Below are positions 32,309 to 42,043 of a stretch of 64,000 bases of DNA, in pieces. The notes beneath the pieces were generated by a model. That model saw nothing but the letters and a program-made list of their open reading frames with translations, ran no database searches and was not told where the DNA came from. This stretch comes from Candidatus Latescibacterota bacterium (lineage in GTDB: Bacteria > Latescibacterota > UBA2968 > UBA8231). The translations under genes were made by a program, and so were the position numbers. Within the stretch, counting starts at the first letter, position 1. Each line of letters starts with the position of its first letter. The stretch spans positions 2,752,001 through 2,816,000 of the forward strand of contig OZ242318.1 of the NCBI GenBank assembly GCA_965208105.1, written 5' to 3'.

Positions 32309-33049
32309 TCAGGGACCAGCTGGCCTTCCTTCCTCAGCGGTCAAGAGAGGTTTCAGGACCTTCCAGACGTTGTCCGCGGCGATCTTGTGGCCGGCAGGGT
32401 TGGGATGAATGCCGTCGGGCAGATTGAGCTCGGAGACGCCACCTACCCCTTCCAGTAAGAACGGAACCAACGCTGCCTGGTTGCGTGCGGCCAGCTGCGG
32501 ATACAAGGTGCGAAACTCCTCCCCGTACTCAGGCCCCAGGTTGGGAGGTATCCGCATGCCGACGACGACGACTCCCACCCCGGGGTACTTGCTGCGGGTG
32601 CGGTCGATAATGGCCTGGAGATTCTTCCTGGTGGTCTCCAGGGCGATGCCCCGGAGGCCATCGTTTGCGCCCAGTTCGAGGACCAGCAGGTCGACCTTCT
32701 GTTTCAGTACCCATCCGATTCGCCGCAGGCCTCCGGCGGAGGTTTCCCCGCTCAAGCCAGCGTTGACCACCTCGAAGGGCCAGTTCAGTGCGGCTATCCT
32801 GCGCTGGATCAGAGCCGGAAAGGCCTGTTCGGGCTCCACGCCGTAACCTGCCGTAAGGCTGTTTCCAAAAAAAAGAATGACCTTGGGAACCGAGTGCGAT
32901 GCAGCCCCACTATCCGTTCCGGAGCTATCGGCGCCGAGGAGCCCGGGCGTCGGATTGCCGGCTACTGCCCCGGGCGGGCAAGCGAGGCTCACCGCCACAT
33001 GGGCCAGGGCGAAGATTGTGAAAAAATGCCCTCGGCGGGGGGAGATCAT
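32309..33049 (-). CDS. tesA: Arylesterase / acyl-CoA thioesterase I (SGNH/GDSL)
   Basis: GNSLTAGYG, NAGLSGETS, LGANDGLRG, DGIHP; signal peptide; clustered with ybbAP. Confidence 0.88.
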   Translation of the reverse strand: MISPRRGHFFTIFALAHVAVSLACPPGAVAGNPTPGLLGADSSGTDSGAASHSVPKVILFFGNSLTAGYGVEPEQAFPALIQRRIAALNWPFEVVNAGLSGETSAGGLRRIGWVLKQKVDLLVLELGANDGLRGIALETTRKNLQAIIDRTRSKYPGVGVVVVGMRIPPNLGPEYGEEFRTLYPQLAARNQAALVPFLLEGVGGVSELNLPDGIHPNPAGHKIAADNVWKVLKPLLTAEEGRPAGP

Positions 33050-33059
33050 AGTGGGTCGA

Positions 33060-33440
33060 TCACCCCTTGGCGAACACGCGGCCCTCTTCGACCACAATCT
33101 CATAGGTCTTGACCCGCAGTTTTTCGGGTTCGACCACCGAGCGGCCGGTTTTCAGGTCGTACTCGAACCCATGCCAGGGACAGCGCAGAATCTCGCCCGG
33201 CCGGCTGCCGCCATTGTCGCCGCTTTTCTCGCTGCAGGCCAGCCATGTCAACTGTCCTTTCCAGAGAGGAGCGCCATGGTGCGGGCACAGGCCGTGGAGT
33301 GCGTAGTAGTTGTCGTCGGCGGTCCGCACCAGCGCCAGGGGCCGGTTATTGCTAATCATAAAGTGGTAAATCCGCCCCGGCTCGATCTCCTCCTCTTTGC
33401 AGAGAAACACGCGGCCCGGTCCGTCCATGCGAAGTCTCAA
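33060..33440 (-). CDS. Rieske [2Fe-2S] ferredoxin
   Basis: CPHHG...CPWHG motifs; overlaps the upstream stop (alternative start 33428). Confidence 0.92.
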   Translation of the reverse strand: MRLRMDGPGRVFLCKEEEIEPGRIYHFMISNNRPLALVRTADDNYYALHGLCPHHGAPLWKGQLTWLACSEKSGDNGGSRPGEILRCPWHGFEYDLKTGRSVVEPEKLRVKTYEIVVEEGRVFAKG

Positions 33441-34522
33441 AGGTTGTAGAGCCTGCGCGCGTTCTCGAAAAGGATCTTGCGCATGGTATCTTCGGGCAGG
33501 CCGGAAGGGAGGGCATGCGCGGGCGAGTCGAAGTCAAAGTGGGGATAGTCGGTCGAAAACACGATAACCTCGTCAGATCCGATCATGTCGATAGTCTGCA
33601 TCCACTGCCTGGCGCTGAGGTCCTCGGTGGGCTGGGTGGAGAGGCGCACGCGCTCGCGAATGTGCTCGCTGGGCTTGCGCTTGACCCAGGGGATCTCCTG
33701 GCGCAGGGACTTGTATTCGCGGTCGAAGCGCCACAAAAGGTGGGGCAGCCAGGTGAAGCCCGCTTCGAGGAACACGAAACTCAGGTCGGGAAATTTGTCG
33801 AATACACCGTTGCAGGCCAGGCTGATGATCTGCGCCATTGTTCCCTGGGGAATGAGCATGTGGCGCTCTATGTAGTAGCGTCCCATCCCCAGAGCGCCCC
33901 TGGAGAAGACCGTATGGTGCATGGCTATGGCCAAACCATGACGCGCAGCGGCCGCAAAAATGGGGTGGTAGGCGGGATCCCCGTAGGCCATCTTGGCAAT
34001 GGGCAGCATTACCTGCACCATCTGCGGGTGAGACCCCACCCGGTCGATTTCGCGCACCGCTAGATCGGCCTCCTGGGGTACGACGTGCACACTACCTCTG
34101 AATCGTTCATCCCTGCTGAGCCAGTGCTCGATCTGGTAGTCGTTGTAGGCGGCCGCCAGGGCCGAAAAGAACTCGAACTGCATGCGCGCCATGGCGGGGT
34201 AGAAATATCCGGTGAGGATGCCAACCTCTATGCCGTACTTGTCCAACAGCAGCTCCTGCATCTGGCCATAGTCGGCCGCGGCCGGACCGCCGCCGCCGGC
34301 TTCGATGTCGGCGCGGTTGCCGCCGCCCGGGGCCCAGTAGGCGAAAGGCTGAACGAAACCTCTCCACATGTTCTCTTCGATGAGCCGCCTCCAGGGATCG
34401 TCCAGATAGGGCAGGAGATCGCGCATGGAGCTGAAGGCCTCATGGACATCGGTGTCTATTATGGGGATGGTGCCTACGCGATTACTCCGAACCGGCGGGG
34501 CAGATTCCCGCACAACATCCAT
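33437..34522 (-). CDS. Amidohydrolase_2-fold protein, probable dinuclear-metal oxygenase (PtmU3/AibH-like)
   Basis: IIDTDVHE, AAYND, FLEAG..WLP, STQPTE, FSTDYPHFD; coupled to the Rieske gene. Confidence 0.8.
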   Translation of the reverse strand: MDVVRESAPPVRSNRVGTIPIIDTDVHEAFSSMRDLLPYLDDPWRRLIEENMWRGFVQPFAYWAPGGGNRADIEAGGGGPAAADYGQMQELLLDKYGIEVGILTGYFYPAMARMQFEFFSALAAAYNDYQIEHWLSRDERFRGSVHVVPQEADLAVREIDRVGSHPQMVQVMLPIAKMAYGDPAYHPIFAAAARHGLAIAMHHTVFSRGALGMGRYYIERHMLIPQGTMAQIISLACNGVFDKFPDLSFVFLEAGFTWLPHLLWRFDREYKSLRQEIPWVKRKPSEHIRERVRLSTQPTEDLSARQWMQTIDMIGSDEVIVFSTDYPHFDFDSPAHALPSGLPEDTMRKILFENARRLYNL

Positions 34523-34741
34523 CGGGACAGGTCTCCTGGTCTCGGGGAGTCAAATTTTTTTGGTGAGGAATACGGGACCCGTTCAAATCAACTCTCGTAA
34601 ATGCGGACCTGCCCGGGACAGGCAGGGATCGAGGCAAGATAAAACTTGACTCCCTCAGCGATATAACCGAATTTATATACTCTTTGCGTTTACCGAAAGT
34701 TTTCTTCCCCTTCCGGCAAAGCCGCCCATGAGGTATAACCG

Positions 34742-36718
34742 ATGGCCCCCAAGTCAGGACTTCTCATCGCCCCCGCGTTTCCCGCCGATTCTTTCTGGAG
34801 CTTCAAGTACATCATGAAGTACATCGGCCGCAAAGCCGCCTTTCCGCCGTTGGGATTGCTGACCTTTGCCTCACTGATGCCCGAAGAAGAGTGGGAGTTC
34901 GACCTGATCGATCTCAATGTGCAGTCACCGAGCGAGGGAGACCTGCACGACAGAATCAAAAATGCGGATGCCGTCTTTGCCGGAGGAATGAATATCCAGC
35001 GCAACTCCCTTGCCGAGCTCCTCGACGGACCGGCCAGGGGCACGGACACCCCCTGGGTACTGGGCGGCCCCATGGCCTCTACCTACCGCGACACCATACT
35101 CAATCCGCAAACGGAAACGGACCACATCCTCCACGATGGATTGGACTACCTGGTCTGGGGAGAAGCCGGCCTGTGGATCGAGGATCTCAATCTCGCCCTC
35201 AGGGAAGGCCCGCAACACCGCGCGGAAACTCCGCAAATTTTCATTCCCGAGCGCGTCCTCAACGAGCCTGACGGATCGCGAAAATATCTGCTGGACAAGG
35301 ACATTTTCAAATCCCTGGAAAGTATGCCGGTGCCGCGCTGGGACTTGATCAACGTGCACAACTACCGGGCCATGATGTTGCAGTCGACGGCGGGCTGTCG
35401 GTTTCGCTGCAATTTCTGTGACATCGTTCAGTTCAATGGCGGGTTTGCCCGCGCCAAGGACAAAGCTGCGATAAAAAAAGAACTGCAGGCCATATACGAG
35501 ACCGATTTCAGAGGTGGGGTTTTTACCGTCGACGACAATTTCGTGTCAGAGCCTGCGGCCATGGAGGACATCCTCGAAGGCATGATAGAGTTCCAACGGG
35601 AAAACAACTACCCGTTCAACTTTTTTACCCAGGCCAGCATCGACTTGGGCAAGGAGTCGCTGGGATACCTCATACCCCTGATGAAACAGGCTGGATTCAA
35701 CGCGGTATTTCTGGGTATAGAAAATCCGGACCCGGCCGCCTTGAAGGGCATGAACAAGATTCAGAACATCAAAACCGATCCCAAGGAGACCGTCAGCAAG
35801 CTGCAGGAACAGGGCATCGAGGTGTACGCCGGCTTTATCTATGGCACCGATTCCGATACGAGGCAGACCGCGGACCTCATCGTCGATTTCGTCAAGGGGA
35901 ACGGCATTTTTTCTTCCATGACCGGAAAGCTGACCCCCATGCCTCATACGCCCCTCTACGTCGAGCTCAAGGAACAGGGACGTTTGATCGAAGGCAGCGA
36001 TGCCAGCAACAACGTCGACGATACTCTCCAGTACCGCCCCGTTATGAGCGTCGAGCACCTCCAGGAAGGATTCAGCCACATCCTCAACTCGCTCTTCAAC
36101 CGGCAGGAACTATACGACCGCGCGCGCAGTGTCTTGGATCGAGTCGACGCGCATATATTCAGGGAGAAATCCATTGCTTCCAGCAAGAGGACGGCCGCTC
36201 TCCGCTCCTTCTTGACACAGGGACTCAGAGGCCGCGACGGCCGCATTGACAGCGAGTACTTCAGATTTATCAAGGAGGCCTTCCAGTGGGATAGAAGGTT
36301 TGTGCGTCAAACCCGAAACGAAGAGAAACGCCTGGTCCAGTTCTGGAATTCCGTCGCAGCCTCCGCCAATGATGCCATTGAACTCGACGCCCACAGTACA
36401 AAGCAATTCTCCCAGATGCTCGACTACGCCCACGAGGTCCAGGTGCGCTACTCCACGGACAAAAAACTCGATGAAATCCACGAATTCGTCCACAGTGTGA
36501 GCGACTCCCTCGCAAAGGGCTTCATTGTCCTTGACCACGCCCAATCGGTCTACAAATCTTCCATGGATTATCTCAGCGCCAAGCGCGATCTTTTCCGATT
36601 TCCCGGGGCTCATCTGATCAAGGCATTCGAACTGACCGTAATGGGCTCGCATTACCAGATTGTAGTCAACAACGTGCTCGCCACCGGGGATGCGGAAAGC
36701 CTGCACATGTCCCTCTGA
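34742..36718 (+). CDS. Cobalamin-binding radical SAM protein (DUF4070/HpnP-related clade)
   Basis: FWSF...KAAFPPLGLL, LGGP, CRFRCNFC (CxxxCxxC), VDDNF, FFTQAS, VFLGIE. Confidence 0.88.
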   Translation: MAPKSGLLIAPAFPADSFWSFKYIMKYIGRKAAFPPLGLLTFASLMPEEEWEFDLIDLNVQSPSEGDLHDRIKNADAVFAGGMNIQRNSLAELLDGPARGTDTPWVLGGPMASTYRDTILNPQTETDHILHDGLDYLVWGEAGLWIEDLNLALREGPQHRAETPQIFIPERVLNEPDGSRKYLLDKDIFKSLESMPVPRWDLINVHNYRAMMLQSTAGCRFRCNFCDIVQFNGGFARAKDKAAIKKELQAIYETDFRGGVFTVDDNFVSEPAAMEDILEGMIEFQRENNYPFNFFTQASIDLGKESLGYLIPLMKQAGFNAVFLGIENPDPAALKGMNKIQNIKTDPKETVSKLQEQGIEVYAGFIYGTDSDTRQTADLIVDFVKGNGIFSSMTGKLTPMPHTPLYVELKEQGRLIEGSDASNNVDDTLQYRPVMSVEHLQEGFSHILNSLFNRQELYDRARSVLDRVDAHIFREKSIASSKRTAALRSFLTQGLRGRDGRIDSEYFRFIKEAFQWDRRFVRQTRNEEKRLVQFWNSVAASANDAIELDAHSTKQFSQMLDYAHEVQVRYSTDKKLDEIHEFVHSVSDSLAKGFIVLDHAQSVYKSSMDYLSAKRDLFRFPGAHLIKAFELTVMGSHYQIVVNNVLATGDAESLHMSL

Positions 36719-36821
36719 TCTACGTTCAGACCTTGATTTGCTGTTGCGGAGGTCCCAACCTCCCTCCCCGGTGCCTCGGCCGGCAGATTGATCCTGGACG
36801 TACCCTCAACCTCAAAGAAAA

Positions 36822-38015
36822 ATGAAACTTGCAGATCGAATTGCCCGCCTGGGCACAGAAACGGCTTTTGTCGTCTCGGGCGAGGCGGCGTCGCACGCGG
36901 CCAAGGGAAACAAGGTCTATCACTTCCACCTTGGAGATATAAACATCAGGACCGCCGAAAATATAGTCGAAGCCACGCTGAAAGCCGTGCGGGACGGCAA
37001 GACGGGATACTGTCCCAATGCCGGGATACCACAGTTGCGGGAAGCGCTGGCGGTCGATATCAACCGCACCCGGGGCACTCACTACGACATGGAGAACGTG
37101 GCCATCCAGCCCGGGGGCAAGCCCAGCATCGGAAAATTTCTATTGGCCCTGATGAACCCCGGAGACGAGGTTCTCTATCCCAATCCAGGCTTCCCGATCT
37201 ACGAATCCCAGATCGAGTTTCACGGCGGCAATGGTATTCCCTACGGGTTTCGCGAAGGAGAGAAGACATTCGAGATCATGATCGATCAGATCGAGGAAGC
37301 CATTACTCCCCGCACCCGGTTGTTGCTCTTGAACGATCTCCACAATCCATCCGCTGCCGAAGCCACGGGCCAGGAGCTCCAGCGCCTGGCCGGCCTGGCC
37401 ATCGAACACGATCTCTTCGTCCTCGCCGACGAGGCGTATTTCGATATCCGCTACTCCGGCGAGTCGCGGTCGATAGCTTCCCTGCCGGGAATGGAGGAGC
37501 GAACCATGATCCTCTATACCTTCTCCAAAAAATTTGCCATGACCGGCTGGCGTTTGGGAGCTTCCATCGGCCCCGAAGATCTGATCGCTGTCATCGCCAA
37601 AATGAACGTCAACGACGAATCCTGTTCCAACCATTTTATCCAGTACGGCGCCATTGAAGCCCTCCAGGGAGACCAGTCGGGGTCAAAGCATATTCTTCAA
37701 GTCCTGAAAAGGCGGCGGGACAAGGCCGTGGAGATATTGAACGGCATCGAAGGGGTTCGCTGCTACAGACCCGAGGTTTGTTTTTATCTCTATCCCAACG
37801 TCACCGGAGCAATGAAGCGGAAAGGCCTTGAAGACTACGAAGCTTTTCGCAGGACAGCCCTGGAAGAAGCGGGGGTATCCTTCTGCACGCGGGCTCACTT
37901 TGGCCGCCCGACTCCAGGGGAGAGAGAATACTACGTGCGGCTGGCCTATTCGGGTATCCACGAAGAAGATATTGAAGAAGGACTGACAAAATTCAAAGGG
38001 TTCATCGAGAATTGA
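36822..38015 (+). CDS. PLP-dependent aminotransferase class I/II (aspartate aminotransferase-like)
   Basis: LHNP, ADEAY, FSKKFAMTGWRLG, VRLAY. Confidence 0.93.
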   Translation: MKLADRIARLGTETAFVVSGEAASHAAKGNKVYHFHLGDINIRTAENIVEATLKAVRDGKTGYCPNAGIPQLREALAVDINRTRGTHYDMENVAIQPGGKPSIGKFLLALMNPGDEVLYPNPGFPIYESQIEFHGGNGIPYGFREGEKTFEIMIDQIEEAITPRTRLLLLNDLHNPSAAEATGQELQRLAGLAIEHDLFVLADEAYFDIRYSGESRSIASLPGMEERTMILYTFSKKFAMTGWRLGASIGPEDLIAVIAKMNVNDESCSNHFIQYGAIEALQGDQSGSKHILQVLKRRRDKAVEILNGIEGVRCYRPEVCFYLYPNVTGAMKRKGLEDYEAFRRTALEEAGVSFCTRAHFGRPTPGEREYYVRLAYSGIHEEDIEEGLTKFKGFIEN

Positions 38016-38174
38016 CCCCGGCCTGCCGGGTGGCTGTGGCCGGCACCTGGCCTGAAGCCGGACGGCCATAGGGCTCTCCCCGATTCGCTCCTGAGCTGCA
38101 ACTCCGCAACACCCACATCCTCTCTTCGCCCGGGTGGCCGCCAGTCGTCAGTCCTTCGAGAATAGGACCCCCAC

Positions 38175-39710
38175 CTACACCCACACACTGCGATCGAGAG
38201 AGCGATACTGAATGGCTTCGCTGATATGCTGCGCCTGAATCTCGTCGCTGTCCGCCAGGTCGGCGATGGTGCGCGCCACTTTGATAATGCGATCGTAGGC
38301 CCGGGCTGAAAGCCCCAGCCTGGTGATGGCCATCTCCAGCAGTTTCTCGCCCTCCCGCCCCACAACGCAATACTGACGAATGTGCCGCGCCTCCATGTGG
38401 GAGTTGCAAAAGATGCCGGCACAACCTGCAAAACGGTCCAGTTGCCGCCGGCGCGTCCGATTTACCCGCTGGCGGATCACTCCCGATCCTTCGCCGGACC
38501 GCTTGCTGGCCAGGTCTTCGTAAGCCACCGCCGGCACCTCGATGTGGATATCCATGCGGTCGAGCAGGGGCCCCGAGATGCGGGCCCGGTAGCGCTGTAT
38601 CTGGTAAGGGGAGCAGGTACACTGGTGGTTCGGGTCCGCATAGTAGCCGCAGGGGCACGGATTCATTGCTGCGATCAGCATGAAACGCGCCGGGTAGGAG
38701 AGGGCCAGGGCGGCTCTGGCAATGGTGACATGGTGGTCTTCCAGGGGCTGGCGCAGGGCCTCGATTGCATGCTTGCGGAATTCGGGGAATTCATCGAGGA
38801 AAAGGACGCCGTGATGGGCGAGCGACACCTCGCCCGGACGGGGGTAGGATCCTCCGCCGATGAGCCCTGCATCGGAGATGGTATGGTGAGGAGCGCGAAA
38901 GGGCCGATGGACTACCAGGGGCTGGCTCGAGGGGAGTACGCCTGCGACCGAGTGGATCTTGGTAGTGGCCAGAGCCTCCTCGAGGGTAAGCTCGGGAAGA
39001 ATGGTCGGGACCCTCCGTGCCAGCATTGTTTTTCCCGAACCGGGACTGCCTACCATTAGCAAATTGTGTCCTCCGGCAGCGGCTACTTCCAGGGCGCGCT
39101 TGGCCTGTTCCTGCCCTCGAACTTCGGAGAAATTCAGCTGGTGGTCGGCCTGGCTGTTGAACACCTCGGACACATCGAGATCAAAGGGGGGCAGGCGGAC
39201 ATCGCCGGCGAGAATATCGACGGCTTCGGCCAAGGTGGAAATCGCATAAATCAGAGGCCCGTCAGCCATTGCCGCCTCATGCCCGTTTTGTTGAGGAACG
39301 ATCATGCCGTAGATTCCTCGCTCGTGCATGCCAAGGGCCATGGGCAACATTCCCTGCACCGGCCGCAAGGACCCGTTGAGGGAGAGTTCGCCCAGCAATA
39401 CCAGATCGCGCAGACGGGGAGCCTTGATTTGCCTGGACGCCACCAGTATGCCAACGGCGATGGGCAAGTCGAATGCCGAGCCTGCCTTGCGAATATCCGC
39501 CGGGGCCAGATTCACGGTGACGCGCCGCCGCGGCCACTCGTAGCCGGCGTTGCGGATGGCCGCCATGACCCGCTCCTTGCTCTCCTTCACCGCGTTGTCG
39601 GGCAGACCGACGACGGTGAAGGAGGGGAGTTGGCGATCGGTGTCTACTTCGACGTGAACCGGGTAGGCATCAATGCCCAGGATGGCTGCAGACATGACAG
39701 TAGAGGGCAT
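38175..39710 (-). CDS. comM: YifB/ComM Mg-chelatase-like AAA+ ATPase
   Basis: VGLPDNAVKESKERV, NLAPADIRK, GSPGSGKTM, RPFRAPHH, PGEVSLAHHGVLFLDE, AMNPCPCG. Confidence 0.95.
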   Translation of the reverse strand: MPSTVMSAAILGIDAYPVHVEVDTDRQLPSFTVVGLPDNAVKESKERVMAAIRNAGYEWPRRRVTVNLAPADIRKAGSAFDLPIAVGILVASRQIKAPRLRDLVLLGELSLNGSLRPVQGMLPMALGMHERGIYGMIVPQQNGHEAAMADGPLIYAISTLAEAVDILAGDVRLPPFDLDVSEVFNSQADHQLNFSEVRGQEQAKRALEVAAAGGHNLLMVGSPGSGKTMLARRVPTILPELTLEEALATTKIHSVAGVLPSSQPLVVHRPFRAPHHTISDAGLIGGGSYPRPGEVSLAHHGVLFLDEFPEFRKHAIEALRQPLEDHHVTIARAALALSYPARFMLIAAMNPCPCGYYADPNHQCTCSPYQIQRYRARISGPLLDRMDIHIEVPAVAYEDLASKRSGEGSGVIRQRVNRTRRRQLDRFAGCAGIFCNSHMEARHIRQYCVVGREGEKLLEMAITRLGLSARAYDRIIKVARTIADLADSDEIQAQHISEAIQYRSLDRSVWV

Positions 39711-40096
39711 GGGCTTCCCAACCAGGAGAAGGGGATATTCGGGAAAGCATGGCAAATTTTGTGCCACGAGCCCGTCACCCTGGGGTCGCCTCTTGGGCTG
39801 CCAACCACGGGTCAGGTGTCAGCAGAAGAGCCATTAATCCATCGGCCCCGAGTGTAGACTGCCGGCTACGGGAATGTCTCAAAAACTACTCAGCTGCCTG
39901 AACCATGGGCAATCCTCCGAGGGTGTGCCAGCCACGGCGATACCTCACCCCGGCTACTGTCCGAACAGGGAGGGAGATTGCTTGACAGACACAGCGATGG
40001 AAAGTACTTATTTACGATTGCCTATGGGAGAATCAACGGCGGTAATCCCGGCGTTCGGTGCAGGAAGACATCACCTTTTTTCGGGAGACAGTTATC

Positions 40097-41230
40097 ATGG
40101 CGAAGCTCAGAGTCGGCCTGGTTGGCGGCGGCGGTCCCAACAATTTCTTCGGCCAGGTGCATAAACGCGCAATTGCCCTGGACGGCAGCCGCGATCTGGT
40201 GGCAGGAGCTCTGCGTAGCGACCCTGACGAAGCCATGGCTGCGGCGGAAGACTACGATATCCAGGGATACCCCAGCTACCAGGCCATGGTAGAGGCTTGC
40301 ACACAGGGGGGTTTGGCCCTTGACTACGTCACCATCGTCACCCCCAACGACGCCCACTACGCCCCGGCCAAGGCATTCCTGGACGCCGGCATCCCGGTGC
40401 TCTGCGAAAAACCCATAACCATGACTGTGGAAGAGGCCGAAGACCTGGCCAGGACCGTCCGGGAAAAGGACCTGCCCTTCATTCTTGCCCACACCTATAC
40501 CGGCCACCCGATGATGATGACGGCCAGGGAATTCATCCGAGGAGGAAAAATCGGCGCTGTCCGCAAGGTCGAAGCCTGGTACAACCAGGGCTGGCTGGCC
40601 TCGTCCCTCGAGAAGGAAGGCCTGCAGCAGGCGGTGTGGCGTACGGATCCCGCCCGTACGGGCATATCCAACTGCGGCGGCGATATCGGCACCCACGCCT
40701 TCGTTGCGGCCACATGGACCACGGGGTTGGCCATCGAAAAGGTATCAGCCCACCTCAACATTTTCGGCGAGGACAGGGTCCTGGATGACGACTTCAATGT
40801 CATCGGGACCATGGAAAACGGCGCTACGGCCATAATTACGGCGACCCAGATTGCGATCGGCTACAAGAACGACAATGGCTTTCGGATATTCGGGACCGAA
40901 GGATCGCTCGAGTGGCACCAGGAGCGGGCGGAAGCATTGCTGCTGCGCCGGGGGTCGGTTGACGAGACTTTCTGGATCGGCGCAAATTTCGATTTCTTCC
41001 CGGAAACGGTCCAACCCTATCTGCGCATGCCTGCAGGGCATCACGAGGATTTCTTCGAAGCTCTGGGCAATTTGCACTTGAGCATGGAGCTTCAAATCAG
41101 GAAGCGGCGCGGCGAGGATGTGGCGGCTGCTTTCGACCATCCGAATGCGGATACGGGAGTGGCGGGCATGAAGTTCGTCAAAGCGGCGGTTGAAAGCTCA
41201 GGGAGGGATGGGAGTTGGACGAATGTGTGA
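40097..41230 (+). CDS. Gfo/Idh/MocA family oxidoreductase
   Basis: VGLVGGG, IVTPNDAH, VLCEKP, WRTDP, GDIGTH. Confidence 0.92.
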   Translation: MAKLRVGLVGGGGPNNFFGQVHKRAIALDGSRDLVAGALRSDPDEAMAAAEDYDIQGYPSYQAMVEACTQGGLALDYVTIVTPNDAHYAPAKAFLDAGIPVLCEKPITMTVEEAEDLARTVREKDLPFILAHTYTGHPMMMTAREFIRGGKIGAVRKVEAWYNQGWLASSLEKEGLQQAVWRTDPARTGISNCGGDIGTHAFVAATWTTGLAIEKVSAHLNIFGEDRVLDDDFNVIGTMENGATAIITATQIAIGYKNDNGFRIFGTEGSLEWHQERAEALLLRRGSVDETFWIGANFDFFPETVQPYLRMPAGHHEDFFEALGNLHLSMELQIRKRRGEDVAAAFDHPNADTGVAGMKFVKAAVESSGRDGSWTNV

Positions 41231-41275
41231 GAGGGATGCCCCAGAACGAACCACCGGGCCCTCCTCGGGCTCGAA

Positions 41276-42034
41276 TTACTGAGCGACAAACCCCCCGTCC
41301 ACGGGCAAGACTGCACCTGTTACAAAGGAAGCCGTGTCGGAGCACAGCCAGGCAGCAGCTTCGGCGATCTCCTCGGGTTCGCACAGTCGCCCCATGGGGT
41401 GGCGAGCGCCGATCCTCTCCTCCTGCTCAGGGGTCCCGATAAGGTGATCTATCAGCTCTGTTCTCGTCCATCCAGGGGAGATGGCGTTGGCCCTGATTCC
41501 CTTCCTGGCGTATTCAAGGGCGGCTGTTTTGGTGATACCGACAATCCCGTGCTTGGCGGCGACATAGGGAGATGCGCCCGCGTAGCCTACCATGCCGGCT
41601 ACGGACGAGGTGTTGACAATGGCTCCACCGCCTTGCTCCAGCATCTGGATGATCTCGTATTTCATGCACAGCCACACGCCTTTGAGGTGAATGCTTATGA
41701 CCAGGTCCCACATATTTTCCGGATGCACGTGGATAAATGATCTGTCCCCGACAATTCCGGCGTTGTTGAAAGCGCAATCGAGCCTCCCGTAAGCCTCCAC
41801 GGTCCTGGCCACCATCGCCTCCACGTCCACCGCTTCCGATACGTCTGTGCGCACAAAGATCGCCTGACCCCCCGATCCCCTGATTCTGTCCACCGTCTCC
41901 TCGCCGCCCGCCAGATTGACATCGGCGACGGTTACTCTGGCTCCCTCCCGGGCAAATGCCACTGCGGCAGCCCTCCCTATCCCTGAACTCCCGCCGGTTA
42001 CCAGCGCTACTTTGCCATCCAGCATTCCAGTCAA
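41276..42034 (-). CDS. SDR family oxidoreductase
   Basis: TGGSSGIG, NNAG, YVAAK. Confidence 0.93.
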   Translation of the reverse strand: MTGMLDGKVALVTGGSSGIGRAAAVAFAREGARVTVADVNLAGGEETVDRIRGSGGQAIFVRTDVSEAVDVEAMVARTVEAYGRLDCAFNNAGIVGDRSFIHVHPENMWDLVISIHLKGVWLCMKYEIIQMLEQGGGAIVNTSSVAGMVGYAGASPYVAAKHGIVGITKTAALEYARKGIRANAISPGWTRTELIDHLIGTPEQEERIGARHPMGRLCEPEEIAEAAAWLCSDTASFVTGAVLPVDGGFVAQ

Positions 42035-42043
42035 CTGCGTCCC

